The notes under the pieces are model-generated. The model was given only the letters and a program-made list of their open reading frames with translations, did no database searches and was not told where the DNA came from. The position numbers were made by a program, and so were the translations under genes. A stretch of 64,000 bases of DNA from a bacterium (GTDB lineage: Bacteria; UBA10199; 2-02-FULL-44-16; JAAZCA01), in contig CAXXGI010000002.1 in the NCBI GenBank assembly GCA_963674695.2, forward strand, positions 704,001-768,000. The letters are read 5' to 3'. This document shows, piece after piece, positions 40,058-49,853 of the stretch; within the stretch, counting starts at the first letter, position 1; each line of letters starts with the position of its first letter.

Positions 40058-40156
40058 GGGGGTGTGGTTTGATATCCGGGGGTGGCGGTGAAAGGGCGTT
40101 GTGGTCATTATAATTACCAATTGGTAATATAAGAGGGTGATGACAAACCTGGGTGT

Positions 40157-40252
40157 TGTCATCCTGAGCGAGGCCGGAACGGACGAGTCGAAGGATCTCA
40201 TGAGACTCCTCGACTCCCCCGGCATCATACGATGCCGGGTCCGCTCGGAATG
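40157..40252. repeat. REP-like composite palindrome (inverted copy of 36649 element)
   Basis: GTCATCCTGAGCG...GAAGGATCTCATGAGACTCCTCGAC...CCGCTCGGAATG. Confidence 0.8.
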
Positions 40253-40429
40253 GGTGCGATCGATGCTGCCATCGGGGTGAAGGTTGTTCGCGGCGCCCTC
40301 CCTCCTGCACACATACGCCATGAGGTTTGTTTTCACGTGTTTTGCCTCAAACGCGAACCGCCCGCGTCCGGAAAGGAGCGGGCGGTTATAGGATTCAACT
40401 CGTTGCGGGGGATCGTACTCCTGTCGCGA

Positions 40430-41413
40430 TCATCCCCCTTTGTGGTATGCAGTCGGGAGGGCCGCCGCGTTGACGAAGTCGCGTTCGTAAAAACCGTCGA
40501 GATGCCTTTGCAGTCCGTCCGCCAACAACCCCGATGTGATCATCGCGTGTGCGGCGTCGGTGGAGACGTTGTTCGGAAACGCATCGGCGAAGCCGCGCAG
40601 GAGTGTGAGGTGTGCCGAAGCGCTGGTGTCGATCGCCGCGAGCGCTTTCTTGCGATTGGTGGGAAGATTGAGCCAGTTTGTGACCTTTCGGCTGCTGGCA
40701 TTCGTGAGATAGGTAGTGGATGCCGACATTATAGCTAATCCGAACATGAGGCCACCGGCAACAGCACTGGGAATGCTACCATTATTCACTGTGTTTTGTA
40801 TGATGTTTTGTATGCCAAAGATTCCAACTAAAATGGAGGGCCAATACGCAGCCTGTTTTTTGGCCAACCTCTGTACTTCTGAGAGCGCATACAAATTTTC
40901 ATAGATGTTGATCCCCATCGCGTGCGCGAAGAGTGCGCCCGACTCGGGCGTGATGACGCCGCGATCGCTCGCGCGTTTGACCATCGGACCGTTAAGCGCC
41001 TCGTGGAGGAGGATGCCCTGTCCGGCACCATCGCGTCCGCCAAGGCGCTCGGCGTGCGTCGGAAAGAGCGGAAGCCCCGCTGCGTGACTACTGACCTTGA
41101 GCGCCAGCGCGTCGAGTTTTTCGCTCGCTGCCGGTCTGAGCTTCGAGATGATCGCGGCGGCGCCGTCGGCGTCCGTCGGCGAGACCCTTCCCTCCGCGAC
41201 GAATGCGATCTCGTTGTTCTGGAGCGCCACGTTCATCAGGATGGCGGCATCGTCCACTTGCGGATGGAGCAAGAACGAATCCGTCGTCTCCAGGAGATTC
41301 GCCATCGGGCTCTCCTCCAGAAACGGTTCAGTGTAGTCGGTCGGCATCGTGCTGATGTCCCGCCAGCCGAAGGTCGTCGTTGCCGGATTCATCGCTGTGT
41401 TGAACGTCATCAT
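40430..41413 (-). CDS. Hypothetical protein with hydrophobic hairpin
   Basis: RBS AAGGAGG. Two hydrophobic segments encoded by an AT-richer patch. Confidence 0.65.
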   Translation of the reverse strand: MMTFNTAMNPATTTFGWRDISTMPTDYTEPFLEESPMANLLETTDSFLLHPQVDDAAILMNVALQNNEIAFVAEGRVSPTDADGAAAIISKLRPAASEKLDALALKVSSHAAGLPLFPTHAERLGGRDGAGQGILLHEALNGPMVKRASDRGVITPESGALFAHAMGINIYENLYALSEVQRLAKKQAAYWPSILVGIFGIQNIIQNTVNNGSIPSAVAGGLMFGLAIMSASTTYLTNASSRKVTNWLNLPTNRKKALAAIDTSASAHLTLLRGFADAFPNNVSTDAAHAMITSGLLADGLQRHLDGFYERDFVNAAALPTAYHKGG

Positions 41414-41685
41414 ATCCTCCTTGCGTCGCTTCTCCCTCGAAGCGCGTCCTTGTACCCCCTGTATCGCACCGGGGCAAGAAAAGTTGCGCACAATTTCTAT
41501 TTTGCGAAGAGGGAAGGGTATGCACATCAGAACTGTCGTCGAGGAGGGAAATGCGAGATGGGATACAGACGCCCTTGAAAAAGAACAGAGGACATGAAAG
41601 AAAGTGCGCAACTTTTCTGCGGGGGGGGGGGCGATAATCACATGTCCGTGATGGCAAACGTAAACGTGAGTTGAAAGGAGATCAT

Positions 41686-42471
41686 ATGGGTATCACGACG
41701 AATCCACGGTGGAGCAAGCTGATGGGATACTGCTCGCAGATGCTTTTCGAATCGGTGAAGACGAAGGACCCGGAGGAGAAGGCGAATCTGGACTTCGCCT
41801 ACACGAAATGCACCGAGGAACTTGCATCGGCCCAGAATGAATCGATTCGTGTCTGCGGAGCGGACGATGCCTGCGAGAACGACTACATGGAGCACCGCAT
41901 GTCGGCGTACATGCGCATGTGCGACCGGGGCAACTTGCGCCGCTGCTATGGTGCGATGTTTCGGGAGAACGAATGGGGGATGTCCTGTATGGATCGGGGT
42001 AGCCTCGTCGATGATCTCTATACGGAGCTTCAGAAACGCGTCGTGAGCGGGCAGAACGTCATCGACGATCATTGGTCGATCGTCGGCGAGAATTACAGCC
42101 CTTTCGGTAACTATGAAGATGCAGAGGGGAACATTGTTTTGCAGTATACTTCCGATAAAGAAGAAGGATACGTCATCGAGGTCGCCAAGGGCGTTCCCAT
42201 CTGGAGAAGGGAAGGGGACAACGCGCATTGGATCGGTCATGTTGACGATCGAAACTCGGGCGTGTATCGAGTGTCCGTCAGGAGGGAGAATGGCGAAGAA
42301 TTGTATCACGCATCCGACGACGGCTGTGGTGAAGCATTCGGTTGCAACTACTGGATCGCAGAAATAACCGATTCGAACAGGCTCGGGAAATCCATTCTGC
42401 AGGCTGGGCTTGATCTCCTGTCGGCCGGAACGATTCCGGTCGGTGATTATCGGATTGGCGGATCGCCATAA
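41686..42471 (+). CDS. Hypothetical Cys-containing protein
   Basis: RBS AAAGGAG, open frame, no recognised family. Confidence 0.65.
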   Translation: MGITTNPRWSKLMGYCSQMLFESVKTKDPEEKANLDFAYTKCTEELASAQNESIRVCGADDACENDYMEHRMSAYMRMCDRGNLRRCYGAMFRENEWGMSCMDRGSLVDDLYTELQKRVVSGQNVIDDHWSIVGENYSPFGNYEDAEGNIVLQYTSDKEEGYVIEVAKGVPIWRREGDNAHWIGHVDDRNSGVYRVSVRRENGEELYHASDDGCGEAFGCNYWIAEITDSNRLGKSILQAGLDLLSAGTIPVGDYRIGGSP

Positions 42472-42635
42472 GCGACCTGGAAGTTTCTTGTCTTTTTCCG
42501 CGACTGATGATCATTAGGACGCGGAGCGATGATCGCACACTTTCCTCAAGGGCATCGATTTTTTCCGCGCCTCCCGCCTTGCCATCCGACCTCTCCAATG
42601 CTATGCCCGCGCGACATTTCAAGGAGACACACACT

Positions 42636-44219
42636 ATGGCTCAAGCACTGCTCTCGAAACTTCTGGAAACCCAGCCCGATCGGGTCTTTTGCAACCTTTC
42701 CCCGGCCAAGCTCGTGGAGGTGGCCCTGCAAACCGGCGAGGGGACGTTGGCGGCCAATGGGGCGCTCGTGACCCGTACCGGCGAGCGCAGCGGGCGCTCT
42801 CCCAAAGATCGCTTTATCGTCGAGGACAAGTGGTCGAAGAAGAAGGTCGCCTGGGGGGATGTGAACCGGCCCGTCACGCAGGAGGTCTTCGACAACCTCC
42901 TGCAGGTCGCCGTCGATTATCTCGCCGAGCGCGATCGCTACGTCTTCGAGGGATTCGTGGGCGCCGATCCCAAATACCGCATGCCGATCCGCGTGATCGC
43001 CGAGAAGGCGTGGCACGCGCTCTTCGCGACGACGCTCTTCATTCGCCCCGAGGCCTCGGAGCTCAAGGGGTTCTCTCCCGAGTTCACCGTCATCGACGCG
43101 ATGGACCTCAAAATCGATCCGATGAAGTATGGCATTCGTTCCGGCACCTTCGTCGGCGTCTCCTTCGAGAAGCGCATCGTTCTCATCATCGCCAGCGGCT
43201 ACGGCGGCGAGATCAAGAAGAGCATCTTCTCGGTCATGAACGGAATGCTCCCCGAGCGCGACGTCTTTCCGATGCACTGCTCGGCAAACATCGGTCGCGA
43301 CGACGATGTCGCCCTCTTCTTCGGACTCTCCGGGACTGGCAAGACGACGCTCTCGGCCGATCCGACCCGGCGTCTCATCGGCGACGACGAGCACGGCTGG
43401 TCCGATCGCGGCATCTTCAACTTCGAGGGAGGCTGTTACGCCAAGGTCATTCGCCTCTCGCAGGAGGCGGAACCGCAGATCTACGACGCCATCCGCTTCG
43501 GTTCGCTCCTGGAGAACGTCATCGTCGATTCCACGACGCGCGCCATCGACTACGACTCCGATGCCATTACGGAGAACACGCGCGCGACCTATCCGGTCGA
43601 GCACATTCCGGCGGCGGTCATCCCCAGCGTTGGCGGTCATCCGAAGCATATCTTCTTCCTGACCTGCGATGCCTTCGGCGTGCTGCCGCCGATCGCCAAG
43701 CTCGATCCGGCGATGGCGATGTATCACTTCCTCTCCGGCTATACGGCCAAGCTCGCGGGAACGGAGGTCGGAATCGACGAGCCGCAGGCGACGTTTTCCA
43801 CCTGCTTCGGCGCGCCGTTCATGCCGCTCGATCCCACGGTCTATGCCAAGCTCCTGGGCGAGCGCATGGCCCGGCACAAGACGCAGGTTTGGCTCGTCAA
43901 CAGCGGCTGGAGTGGTGGATCCCACGGCGAGGGGAGCCGCATGAAGATCTCCATCACGCGCGCGTTGCTTTCCGCCGCACTCGAGGGGAAGCTCGATGCC
44001 GTCGGTTTCTCCCCCGATCCCATCTTCCACGTTCTCGTGCCCGATTCCTGCCCGGGCGTGCCCGCGGAGGTGCTCACCCCCCGCAACACCTGGCGCGACA
44101 AGGCGGCCTACGATCGCAAGGCCGCGGAGCTTGCTGAGCGTTTCCAGAAGAACTTCGCGCAGTACGCCGATCACGCGGGGGATAACGTTTGCGCCGCCGG
44201 TCCGAAGATCGATCGTTGA
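42636..44219 (+). CDS. pckA: Phosphoenolpyruvate carboxykinase (ATP)
   Basis: GRSPKD, GLSGTGKTT, IGDDEHGW, FEGGCYAK, ENTRATY. Confidence 0.97.
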   Translation: MAQALLSKLLETQPDRVFCNLSPAKLVEVALQTGEGTLAANGALVTRTGERSGRSPKDRFIVEDKWSKKKVAWGDVNRPVTQEVFDNLLQVAVDYLAERDRYVFEGFVGADPKYRMPIRVIAEKAWHALFATTLFIRPEASELKGFSPEFTVIDAMDLKIDPMKYGIRSGTFVGVSFEKRIVLIIASGYGGEIKKSIFSVMNGMLPERDVFPMHCSANIGRDDDVALFFGLSGTGKTTLSADPTRRLIGDDEHGWSDRGIFNFEGGCYAKVIRLSQEAEPQIYDAIRFGSLLENVIVDSTTRAIDYDSDAITENTRATYPVEHIPAAVIPSVGGHPKHIFFLTCDAFGVLPPIAKLDPAMAMYHFLSGYTAKLAGTEVGIDEPQATFSTCFGAPFMPLDPTVYAKLLGERMARHKTQVWLVNSGWSGGSHGEGSRMKISITRALLSAALEGKLDAVGFSPDPIFHVLVPDSCPGVPAEVLTPRNTWRDKAAYDRKAAELAERFQKNFAQYADHAGDNVCAAGPKIDR

Positions 44220-44263
44220 CGTCCACGGGCCCTGGCGGGTACAGTAGGGCGCACGGGGGGACG

Positions 44264-44884
44264 ATGCGCCGGATACAGAACGAATACGGCTATTTCTGGC
44301 TGAAACGCCTGCACGACGTCTCCGGCGTGTTGCTGGCTGGGGCGTTCATCCTGCTCTTTCTGCTCCCCTGGTCATCGGCATTCGGCGGTTCGGCTGCCTT
44401 CGATCGCACGATGATGGCCCTGCATCGGCTTCCGCTCTATGATCTCGTCACCACGGTTGTCGTCGGCGTCCTCATCCTTTTTCACATCGCTGTCGGCGTT
44501 CTCATCCTCTACGAATCACGCGCTAACATCATCGCCTATCCCTTCTCAGGGAATGCGATGTATCTCATCCGCCGCGCGACGGGGCTTTTGCTCATCCCCT
44601 TCGTCCTCTATCAGCTCTACGTGACGCGGCTGGGTTCGGCGGCCTCCGGGGCGACGCTCACCTTTCGCACCCTCCAGCAGATCTTTGCGCCGCTCTGGAT
44701 GAAGGTGATCGCGGTCGGCGGCATGATCTGCTTGGCGCTCTATTGCGCGGCGGGTCTGCACGCCATGCTCTCTCGCTGGGGGGCAACCGCTTCACGGCGT
44801 TCGCGCGAGGCCAGCGCCATCGTCGCGGCGATCATCGGTATTGTGCTGGGCGGATGGGGCGTGGCCATCCTCCTCGCGTTCTAG
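44264..44884 (+). CDS. sdhC: Succinate dehydrogenase/fumarate reductase cytochrome b-like anchor (divergent)
   Basis: KRLHDVSG, FHIAVG, RRATG, 5 TM segments, operon context. Confidence 0.75.
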   Translation: MRRIQNEYGYFWLKRLHDVSGVLLAGAFILLFLLPWSSAFGGSAAFDRTMMALHRLPLYDLVTTVVVGVLILFHIAVGVLILYESRANIIAYPFSGNAMYLIRRATGLLLIPFVLYQLYVTRLGSAASGATLTFRTLQQIFAPLWMKVIAVGGMICLALYCAAGLHAMLSRWGATASRRSREASAIVAAIIGIVLGGWGVAILLAF

Positions 44885-44891
44885 GAGACAC

Positions 44892-46634
44892 ATGCGGGAC
44901 AAGCGTGCAGAGATTCTCATCATCGGTGCGGGGGCTGCGGGCTCCATGGCGGCGCTCGCTGCCATCGAGCAGGGCGCGCACGTCACGATGCTCTCGCGCG
45001 ATCACCCCTATCGCGCCACGACCGCGACGCGCCATTCCGGCATCGCGGCGGCGCTCGACTTGCACGGCGAGGGAGACAGCCCTGCGCTGCATGCCCAGGA
45101 GACGATCGTCGGCGGCGACTTCCTGGCCGACCAGTCGATGGTCGCGCGCATGACCGATGCCGCGCCGGCCATCGCGGGGCTGATGCAGCGCATGGGGATC
45201 GTCTTCGATCGTACCGCCGAGGGAGGCATATCTCTCCTGGCGGGAACCGGGTTTTCGAAGGCGCGCACGCTCCGGGCCGGGGTGACGACAGGGCAGGAGG
45301 TGGCGCGCGTGCTGGCGGGGCAGCTTCTGCGTGCACGGCATGAGGAGCGGCTGGCCTGGTACTCCGGTTGGGAATTGCTCTCCCTGCTCAAGGACGAGTC
45401 GGGACTCGTGCGCGGCGTTGTGGCCGCGAACCGGAGAAGCCTGGAAGTGCGCCTCTTTTCCGGCGATGCGGTGGTGCTGGCTGCCGGCGGTTTTGCCGGG
45501 CTCTTCGCTGATTCCAGTGCTCCCCTCGATGCGGATGGCGCCGCGCTCGCGACCTGTTTTCAACAGGGGGCCCATCTCTCCAATCCGGAGTTCGTCCAGG
45601 TCCATCCCTTTACGATTTTGACCCGAGGCAAGCGTCGTCCGGTTCCGGAATATCTCTTGGCCGAGGGGACGCGCGTCTTCTGCTGGCGCGAAGGGCGCCC
45701 CTGGTACGTTCTGGAAGAACGCTGTGCACCGCTTGGCGCACGCGTGCCGCACGATGTGGCCCTGCGCGCTCTGCGCGAGGCCGCCCGCGAGGTCGGGGAT
45801 GAGCGCGCGACGATCGCCCTGGACTGCTCTGCACTCGATCCGATGGATCTCGAGCAATGGCTCGGCTCACCCCAGCCGGAGGTCGTATCGGATGAAGAAG
45901 TGGTTTCGGCCGAAGCCCCGCTGGGAGTGGAGCCGGCGATCGTTCGAACGCTCGGGGGACTCACCGTCGATGCCGACCATGCGACGACGCTCTCCGGTCT
46001 CTTCGCTGCCGGCGATTGCACCGCGGCCTATCATGGCGCCTGCGCGCTCCCCGCAAACGAAATCCTCGCCGCCCTGCAGGGGGGACTCGTCGCCGGTCGT
46101 TCCGCGGCGGCGTATGCCGATCGAAGCGGCGCGGGTCTGGGCGACATTCCGCAATCGGTGCGCGATGCCGCGCTTGCACGCGAGGAGGACCGCCACGCAC
46201 AGATCTATGCACGCGAGGGCGATGAAAACATTCGGGGCATTCGCCGTGATCTCCATGAAGCGATGCGCGATGCGTTTCAGGAGGGCATCGACGATGCGGC
46301 CTTGGTGAAGACCGAGGAGCGCCTGGAGATTTTGCGCCAGCGCCTGGATCACGCGGCGCTTGCCGATACGGCGCACTGGGCCAATCCCGAACTCTTCGCT
46401 GCGCGACATCTCGAGGCCGCCTTCGATCTGGCCCGAGCGACGATCGCCGCTGCCCGCGCACGTCAGGAGAGCCGCGGCGTCTTCTTCAAACCCGCCCACC
46501 CGAAACGCGACGATGCGAACTGGTTGGTGACGACGAAGGTCTCACTGGCAAACGGCCAGGTGCAGTTGGATCATTCCGAGCGCATCGACACCTCGATTAT
46601 CGAGCCGACGGTGCGAACGTATGAAGGGCGTTAA
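44892..46634 (+). CDS. sdhA: SdhA/FrdA-like flavoprotein (divergent active site)
   Basis: GAGAAG, GGDFLADQ, EFVQVHP, GLFAAGDC, RQESRG, RDDANWL. Confidence 0.75.
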   Translation: MRDKRAEILIIGAGAAGSMAALAAIEQGAHVTMLSRDHPYRATTATRHSGIAAALDLHGEGDSPALHAQETIVGGDFLADQSMVARMTDAAPAIAGLMQRMGIVFDRTAEGGISLLAGTGFSKARTLRAGVTTGQEVARVLAGQLLRARHEERLAWYSGWELLSLLKDESGLVRGVVAANRRSLEVRLFSGDAVVLAAGGFAGLFADSSAPLDADGAALATCFQQGAHLSNPEFVQVHPFTILTRGKRRPVPEYLLAEGTRVFCWREGRPWYVLEERCAPLGARVPHDVALRALREAAREVGDERATIALDCSALDPMDLEQWLGSPQPEVVSDEEVVSAEAPLGVEPAIVRTLGGLTVDADHATTLSGLFAAGDCTAAYHGACALPANEILAALQGGLVAGRSAAAYADRSGAGLGDIPQSVRDAALAREEDRHAQIYAREGDENIRGIRRDLHEAMRDAFQEGIDDAALVKTEERLEILRQRLDHAALADTAHWANPELFAARHLEAAFDLARATIAAARARQESRGVFFKPAHPKRDDANWLVTTKVSLANGQVQLDHSERIDTSIIEPTVRTYEGR

Positions 46635-46636
46635 CG

Positions 46637-47377
46637 ATGGAAACGATTCTCCTCAAAGTGAAGCGACAGGATGACCCGAGCGATCTCCCCTACTGGGAGG
46701 AGTTCGAGGTAGAGCTGACGCCAGAGATGACGGTGCTCGCGGCATTGCAGGCGGTGGGGCGCGCGCCGGAGACGCTCGAAGGCCATCGCACCGCGCCCAT
46801 CGTCTTTGATGCAAACTGCGGCGAGGGTATCTGCGGCGCCTGTGCCATGCGCATCAACGGCAAGGTGCGCCTGGCCTGCCACACGCTCGTGGCCGAGCTG
46901 GACGAGCCCATCGTCTGCGAGCCGATGGAGAGTTTTCCGGTCGTGCGCGATCTGATCGTCGATCGCGACCGGCTCTTCGATGCGCTCGAGCGCGGGCGTT
47001 GCTGGATCACGCTCGATGGTCTGGAGGGACGCTCGGTGCCGGATTTGTGGAAGACGCCCGCCGAGGGGCTCGATGCCTTTCTCGGGTGTTGTCTCTGTGG
47101 GGCCTGTGCGGATGCCTGTCCGCAGGTGAATGAACGCACGGCGTTCATGGGCGCAGCGCTCTTTGCTCACGTTTGGCTTTTCAACCTCCATTCGCATGGA
47201 ACGCGGGAACGCGATCTGCGTCTGGGCGCTGTTGCTGCGCGCGGGGGTGTGGCCGACTGCGCGGGGACACGCAACTGCGATCTCGTCTGCCCGCAGGGGA
47301 TCGACCTGGCCGGCATCATGTCCCGGACGGGTGCGGCGGTGATGGGCGCTGCTTTTAGGTCATTTTTCCGGGGTTAG
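46637..47377 (+). CDS. sdhB: SdhB/FrdB iron-sulfur subunit
   Basis: CGEGICGAC, CCLCGACADACP, CAGTRNCDLVCP, PVVRDLIVD. Confidence 0.88.
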   Translation: METILLKVKRQDDPSDLPYWEEFEVELTPEMTVLAALQAVGRAPETLEGHRTAPIVFDANCGEGICGACAMRINGKVRLACHTLVAELDEPIVCEPMESFPVVRDLIVDRDRLFDALERGRCWITLDGLEGRSVPDLWKTPAEGLDAFLGCCLCGACADACPQVNERTAFMGAALFAHVWLFNLHSHGTRERDLRLGAVAARGGVADCAGTRNCDLVCPQGIDLAGIMSRTGAAVMGAAFRSFFRG

Positions 47378-47429
47378 GGTATGTTCTCATTTGACCATAA
47401 CCCTCTAAAACAAAAGGAGTCTTGGCTTT

Positions 47430-47500
47430 TGTCATCCCCGCGAAAGCGGGGATCTCGATTGGCCATTACAAGCGAGATTCCCGCTTTCGCGGGAATGACA
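47430..47500. repeat. REP-type palindromic repeat
   Basis: TGTCATCCCCGCGAAAGCGGGGATCTCG...CGAGATTCCCGCTTTCGCGGGAATGACA. Confidence 0.88.
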
Positions 47501-47582
47501 CCTTGCAAAATGAGGACACGTCCTAGCTATATCGACGGGTCTTTGGTATAGGGGATCCGTCGATTTCATAAAAGGAGGCGGT

Positions 47583-48158
47583 ATGAAAAAGGGACTTTTG
47601 TTTGTGGTCGTCGCGCTCATCGCATCGATGGCGGTCTTTGGATGTGAGAAGGCGCAGATGAAGGAGACGATCGAAGGGGCCGTAGGCGATGCGATGGATA
47701 CGGCTCCCGAGATGGGCGTCGAATCCCCCGCGCCGAATCTGCCGGCGACGGTTGCGACGATCGTCCTGGACGCAAATGGAAAGAAGAACTGCTTCGACGT
47801 CTGGGTCGCCACGACCGATGCGGAGCGCATGACGGGGCTCATGAACCGCGAGTCGTTGCCGGAAGAGGGCGGCATGTGGTTCGTCATGTCTGAGGGGCAG
47901 TGCGATAACCCGTCCGGCGAGAACTGCAATTTCTGGATGAAGGACACGGAGATCCCGCTCGACGTCATCTTCGTCAGCAAGGAGATGAAGGTCGCCAGCA
48001 TCTTCCCGGACGCCGTCCCTGGATCGCTCGATATGATTGCCTCGGATGCGCCCTATCAGTATGTCCTGGAGATCAACGGCGGCATGGCTGCTGAGATGGG
48101 TCTCAAGGCAGGCGATGCCGTTACCAAACAGATCGGGCATGACGGTTGCAGCGAATGA
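47583..48158 (+). CDS. DUF192 family lipoprotein
   Basis: Lipobox VFG|C, ERMTGLMNR, FWMKDTEIPLDVIF, YVLEINGG. Confidence 0.9.
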   Translation: MKKGLLFVVVALIASMAVFGCEKAQMKETIEGAVGDAMDTAPEMGVESPAPNLPATVATIVLDANGKKNCFDVWVATTDAERMTGLMNRESLPEEGGMWFVMSEGQCDNPSGENCNFWMKDTEIPLDVIFVSKEMKVASIFPDAVPGSLDMIASDAPYQYVLEINGGMAAEMGLKAGDAVTKQIGHDGCSE

Positions 48159-48172
48159 CGACGACATCTGGA

Positions 48173-48214
48173 TAGAAAAAACCCGGTGCGGGATTCCGCA
48201 CCGGGTTTTTTCTA
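48173..48214. terminator. Bidirectional rho-independent terminator
   Basis: AGAAAAAACCCGGTGCGG-GATT-CCGCACCGGGTTTTTTCT between convergent genes. Confidence 0.85.
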
Positions 48215-48220
48215 TGGATG

Positions 48221-48297
48221 TGTCATTCCCGCGAAAGCGGGAATCTCGCTTTGTGCTTTCTCGGCTGGATCCCCGATTGAATCACTCGGGGATGACA
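48221..48297. repeat. REP-type palindromic repeat
   Basis: TGTCATTCCCGCGAAAGCGGGAATCTCG...GGATCCCCGATTGAATCACTCGGGGATGACA. Confidence 0.85.
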
Positions 48298-48302
48298 GTC
48301 GA

Positions 48303-49334
48303 TCAGGGCTTCTTCGCTTCCGGTTTCTTTTCCAACTCTTTCATCGCCTTTTCCTTCACCTGCTGCGCCGCGGCCTTTACATCCTTCACGCCTTCAGCGG
48401 CGGGGGCCTCCATCTTCTTGACCGGTGCGGCGGCGGGCGCGTCCTTCTTGGCTTTTTCTGCGGCGGCCTTCGCTTTTTCCTCGGCCGGATAGACGATGGT
48501 CGCTTCTTTCTTCAAACGCGTGAGGAGGGCCTGACGCGCATCGTTGCGTACCTTGAAGACGATGGCCTGCTTGGCTTCGTCGAACGGCTCCAGCTCGATG
48601 CCGCGGGTGATGGTGATGAGCGAATAGCCCTTGTCGGTCTTGATCGGGCCGGAGACTTCGCCCACTTTCATCGTGAAGGCCTTCTCGAGCAGCGGTTCAT
48701 ATCCGCGTGCCACCAGCCGTCGGTCATCCTTGGAGACGAGTCCCAGCTCGCCACCGCGAGCCTTAGAGGTGACATCTTCGGAGAATTCGCGTGCGGCTTG
48801 GGCAAAGGGCATGCCGCCATCGATCTTGGCCTTCACCTCCGTTGCAAGCTCCAGCGCCTGTTTTTCGGTGTGCATGCCCTTCTTGTCCTTGGCCTTCTTG
48901 ATTTCGGCAGGCGTTTCAAACTTGATCAGAATTTGCGCGACGGAGAGTTTTTTGAACTCGTCCTGATGTTCATCATAGTATTTATTCGCGGCCTTCTCGA
49001 TGGCATCATCGACGAGCGACTGCGCGATGATGACGCGCCGATAGAGGTCGACCTTGGCCTTCACGGCCTGATCGCGATTGATCCCCTCTTTGACGGCTTC
49101 CTGATAGAGCAGGTCTTGTTCGACGAGATTGTCGAGGATGCGCTTTTGGCCGGCAGGACTGGCCAACTGCGCCTGGATGCGCGGGTTGACTTCACCCAGG
49201 AATTTGAGGTCGCCCTCGGTGATCTTCGTTCCGTTGACGTCGACGATCACTTCACCCGACGAAGTGCCCTTGCTGCAGCCGGCGATTCCGGCAACCAGGA
49301 TAATGATGGCGATGAGTCCAGTCAGACGCTTCAT
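48303..49334 (-). CDS. PpiC-type peptidyl-prolyl isomerase lipoprotein
   Basis: Lipobox IAG|C, FAQAAREFSED..SKARGGELG, GEVSGPIKT..GY. Confidence 0.9.
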   Translation of the reverse strand: MKRLTGLIAIIILVAGIAGCSKGTSSGEVIVDVNGTKITEGDLKFLGEVNPRIQAQLASPAGQKRILDNLVEQDLLYQEAVKEGINRDQAVKAKVDLYRRVIIAQSLVDDAIEKAANKYYDEHQDEFKKLSVAQILIKFETPAEIKKAKDKKGMHTEKQALELATEVKAKIDGGMPFAQAAREFSEDVTSKARGGELGLVSKDDRRLVARGYEPLLEKAFTMKVGEVSGPIKTDKGYSLITITRGIELEPFDEAKQAIVFKVRNDARQALLTRLKKEATIVYPAEEKAKAAAEKAKKDAPAAAPVKKMEAPAAEGVKDVKAAAQQVKEKAMKELEKKPEAKKP

Positions 49335-49423
49335 AGTTCCTCCCCATACAAGATGTTGATAATCAAAAGAATTGGCATCTTATACACCCGCGCTCCGGCC
49401 CCTGTCAAACCAGGATGTCGGCA

Positions 49424-49696
49424 TTAGGGTGTTATGCGAAAGGATCCCGCCATGCCCTCCGGTTCCTCCCAGGAGACATCGACCGCATCGACCCGAGCGG
49501 CGGGTGGTCCCTGGCGGCACCAGGCCAGAAACTGTTCGAGCGCCTCGCGGGGGCCTTCGGCGACCGCCTCGACCGCGCCGTCCGGGAGGTTGCGCACCCA
49601 TCCGGAAAGCCCCAGCTTGTGGCCCCTCTCCTGCGTATGCGCCCGAAAGAAGACCCCCTGCACGCGACCATGAACGATGAGGTGAATGCGTTCCAT
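49424..49696 (-). CDS. acyP: Acylphosphatase
   Basis: [26 protein letters not shown]. Confidence 0.95.
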   Translation of the reverse strand: MERIHLIVHGRVQGVFFRAHTQERGHKLGLSGWVRNLPDGAVEAVAEGPREALEQFLAWCRQGPPAARVDAVDVSWEEPEGMAGSFRITP

Positions 49697-49759
49697 ATCT
49701 TAAGCTGATGCCAAGCTTCACGGTCGAACGCAAGAATTCGTTGCGAATACGATGCGCTC

Positions 49760-49847
49760 GTGAGATGGCTGAATGGTGAGATCGCTAAAACCAGAGTGCT
49801 TTTTAGCTATCTCACGATTTAGCTATCTCACTATCTCACGATCTCAC
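49760..49847. repeat. Degenerate octamer-based inverted repeat array
   Basis: GTGAGATGGC..GTGAGATCGCTAAA / TTTAGCTATCTCAC repeats. Confidence 0.6.
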
Positions 49848-49853
49848 AAAACC

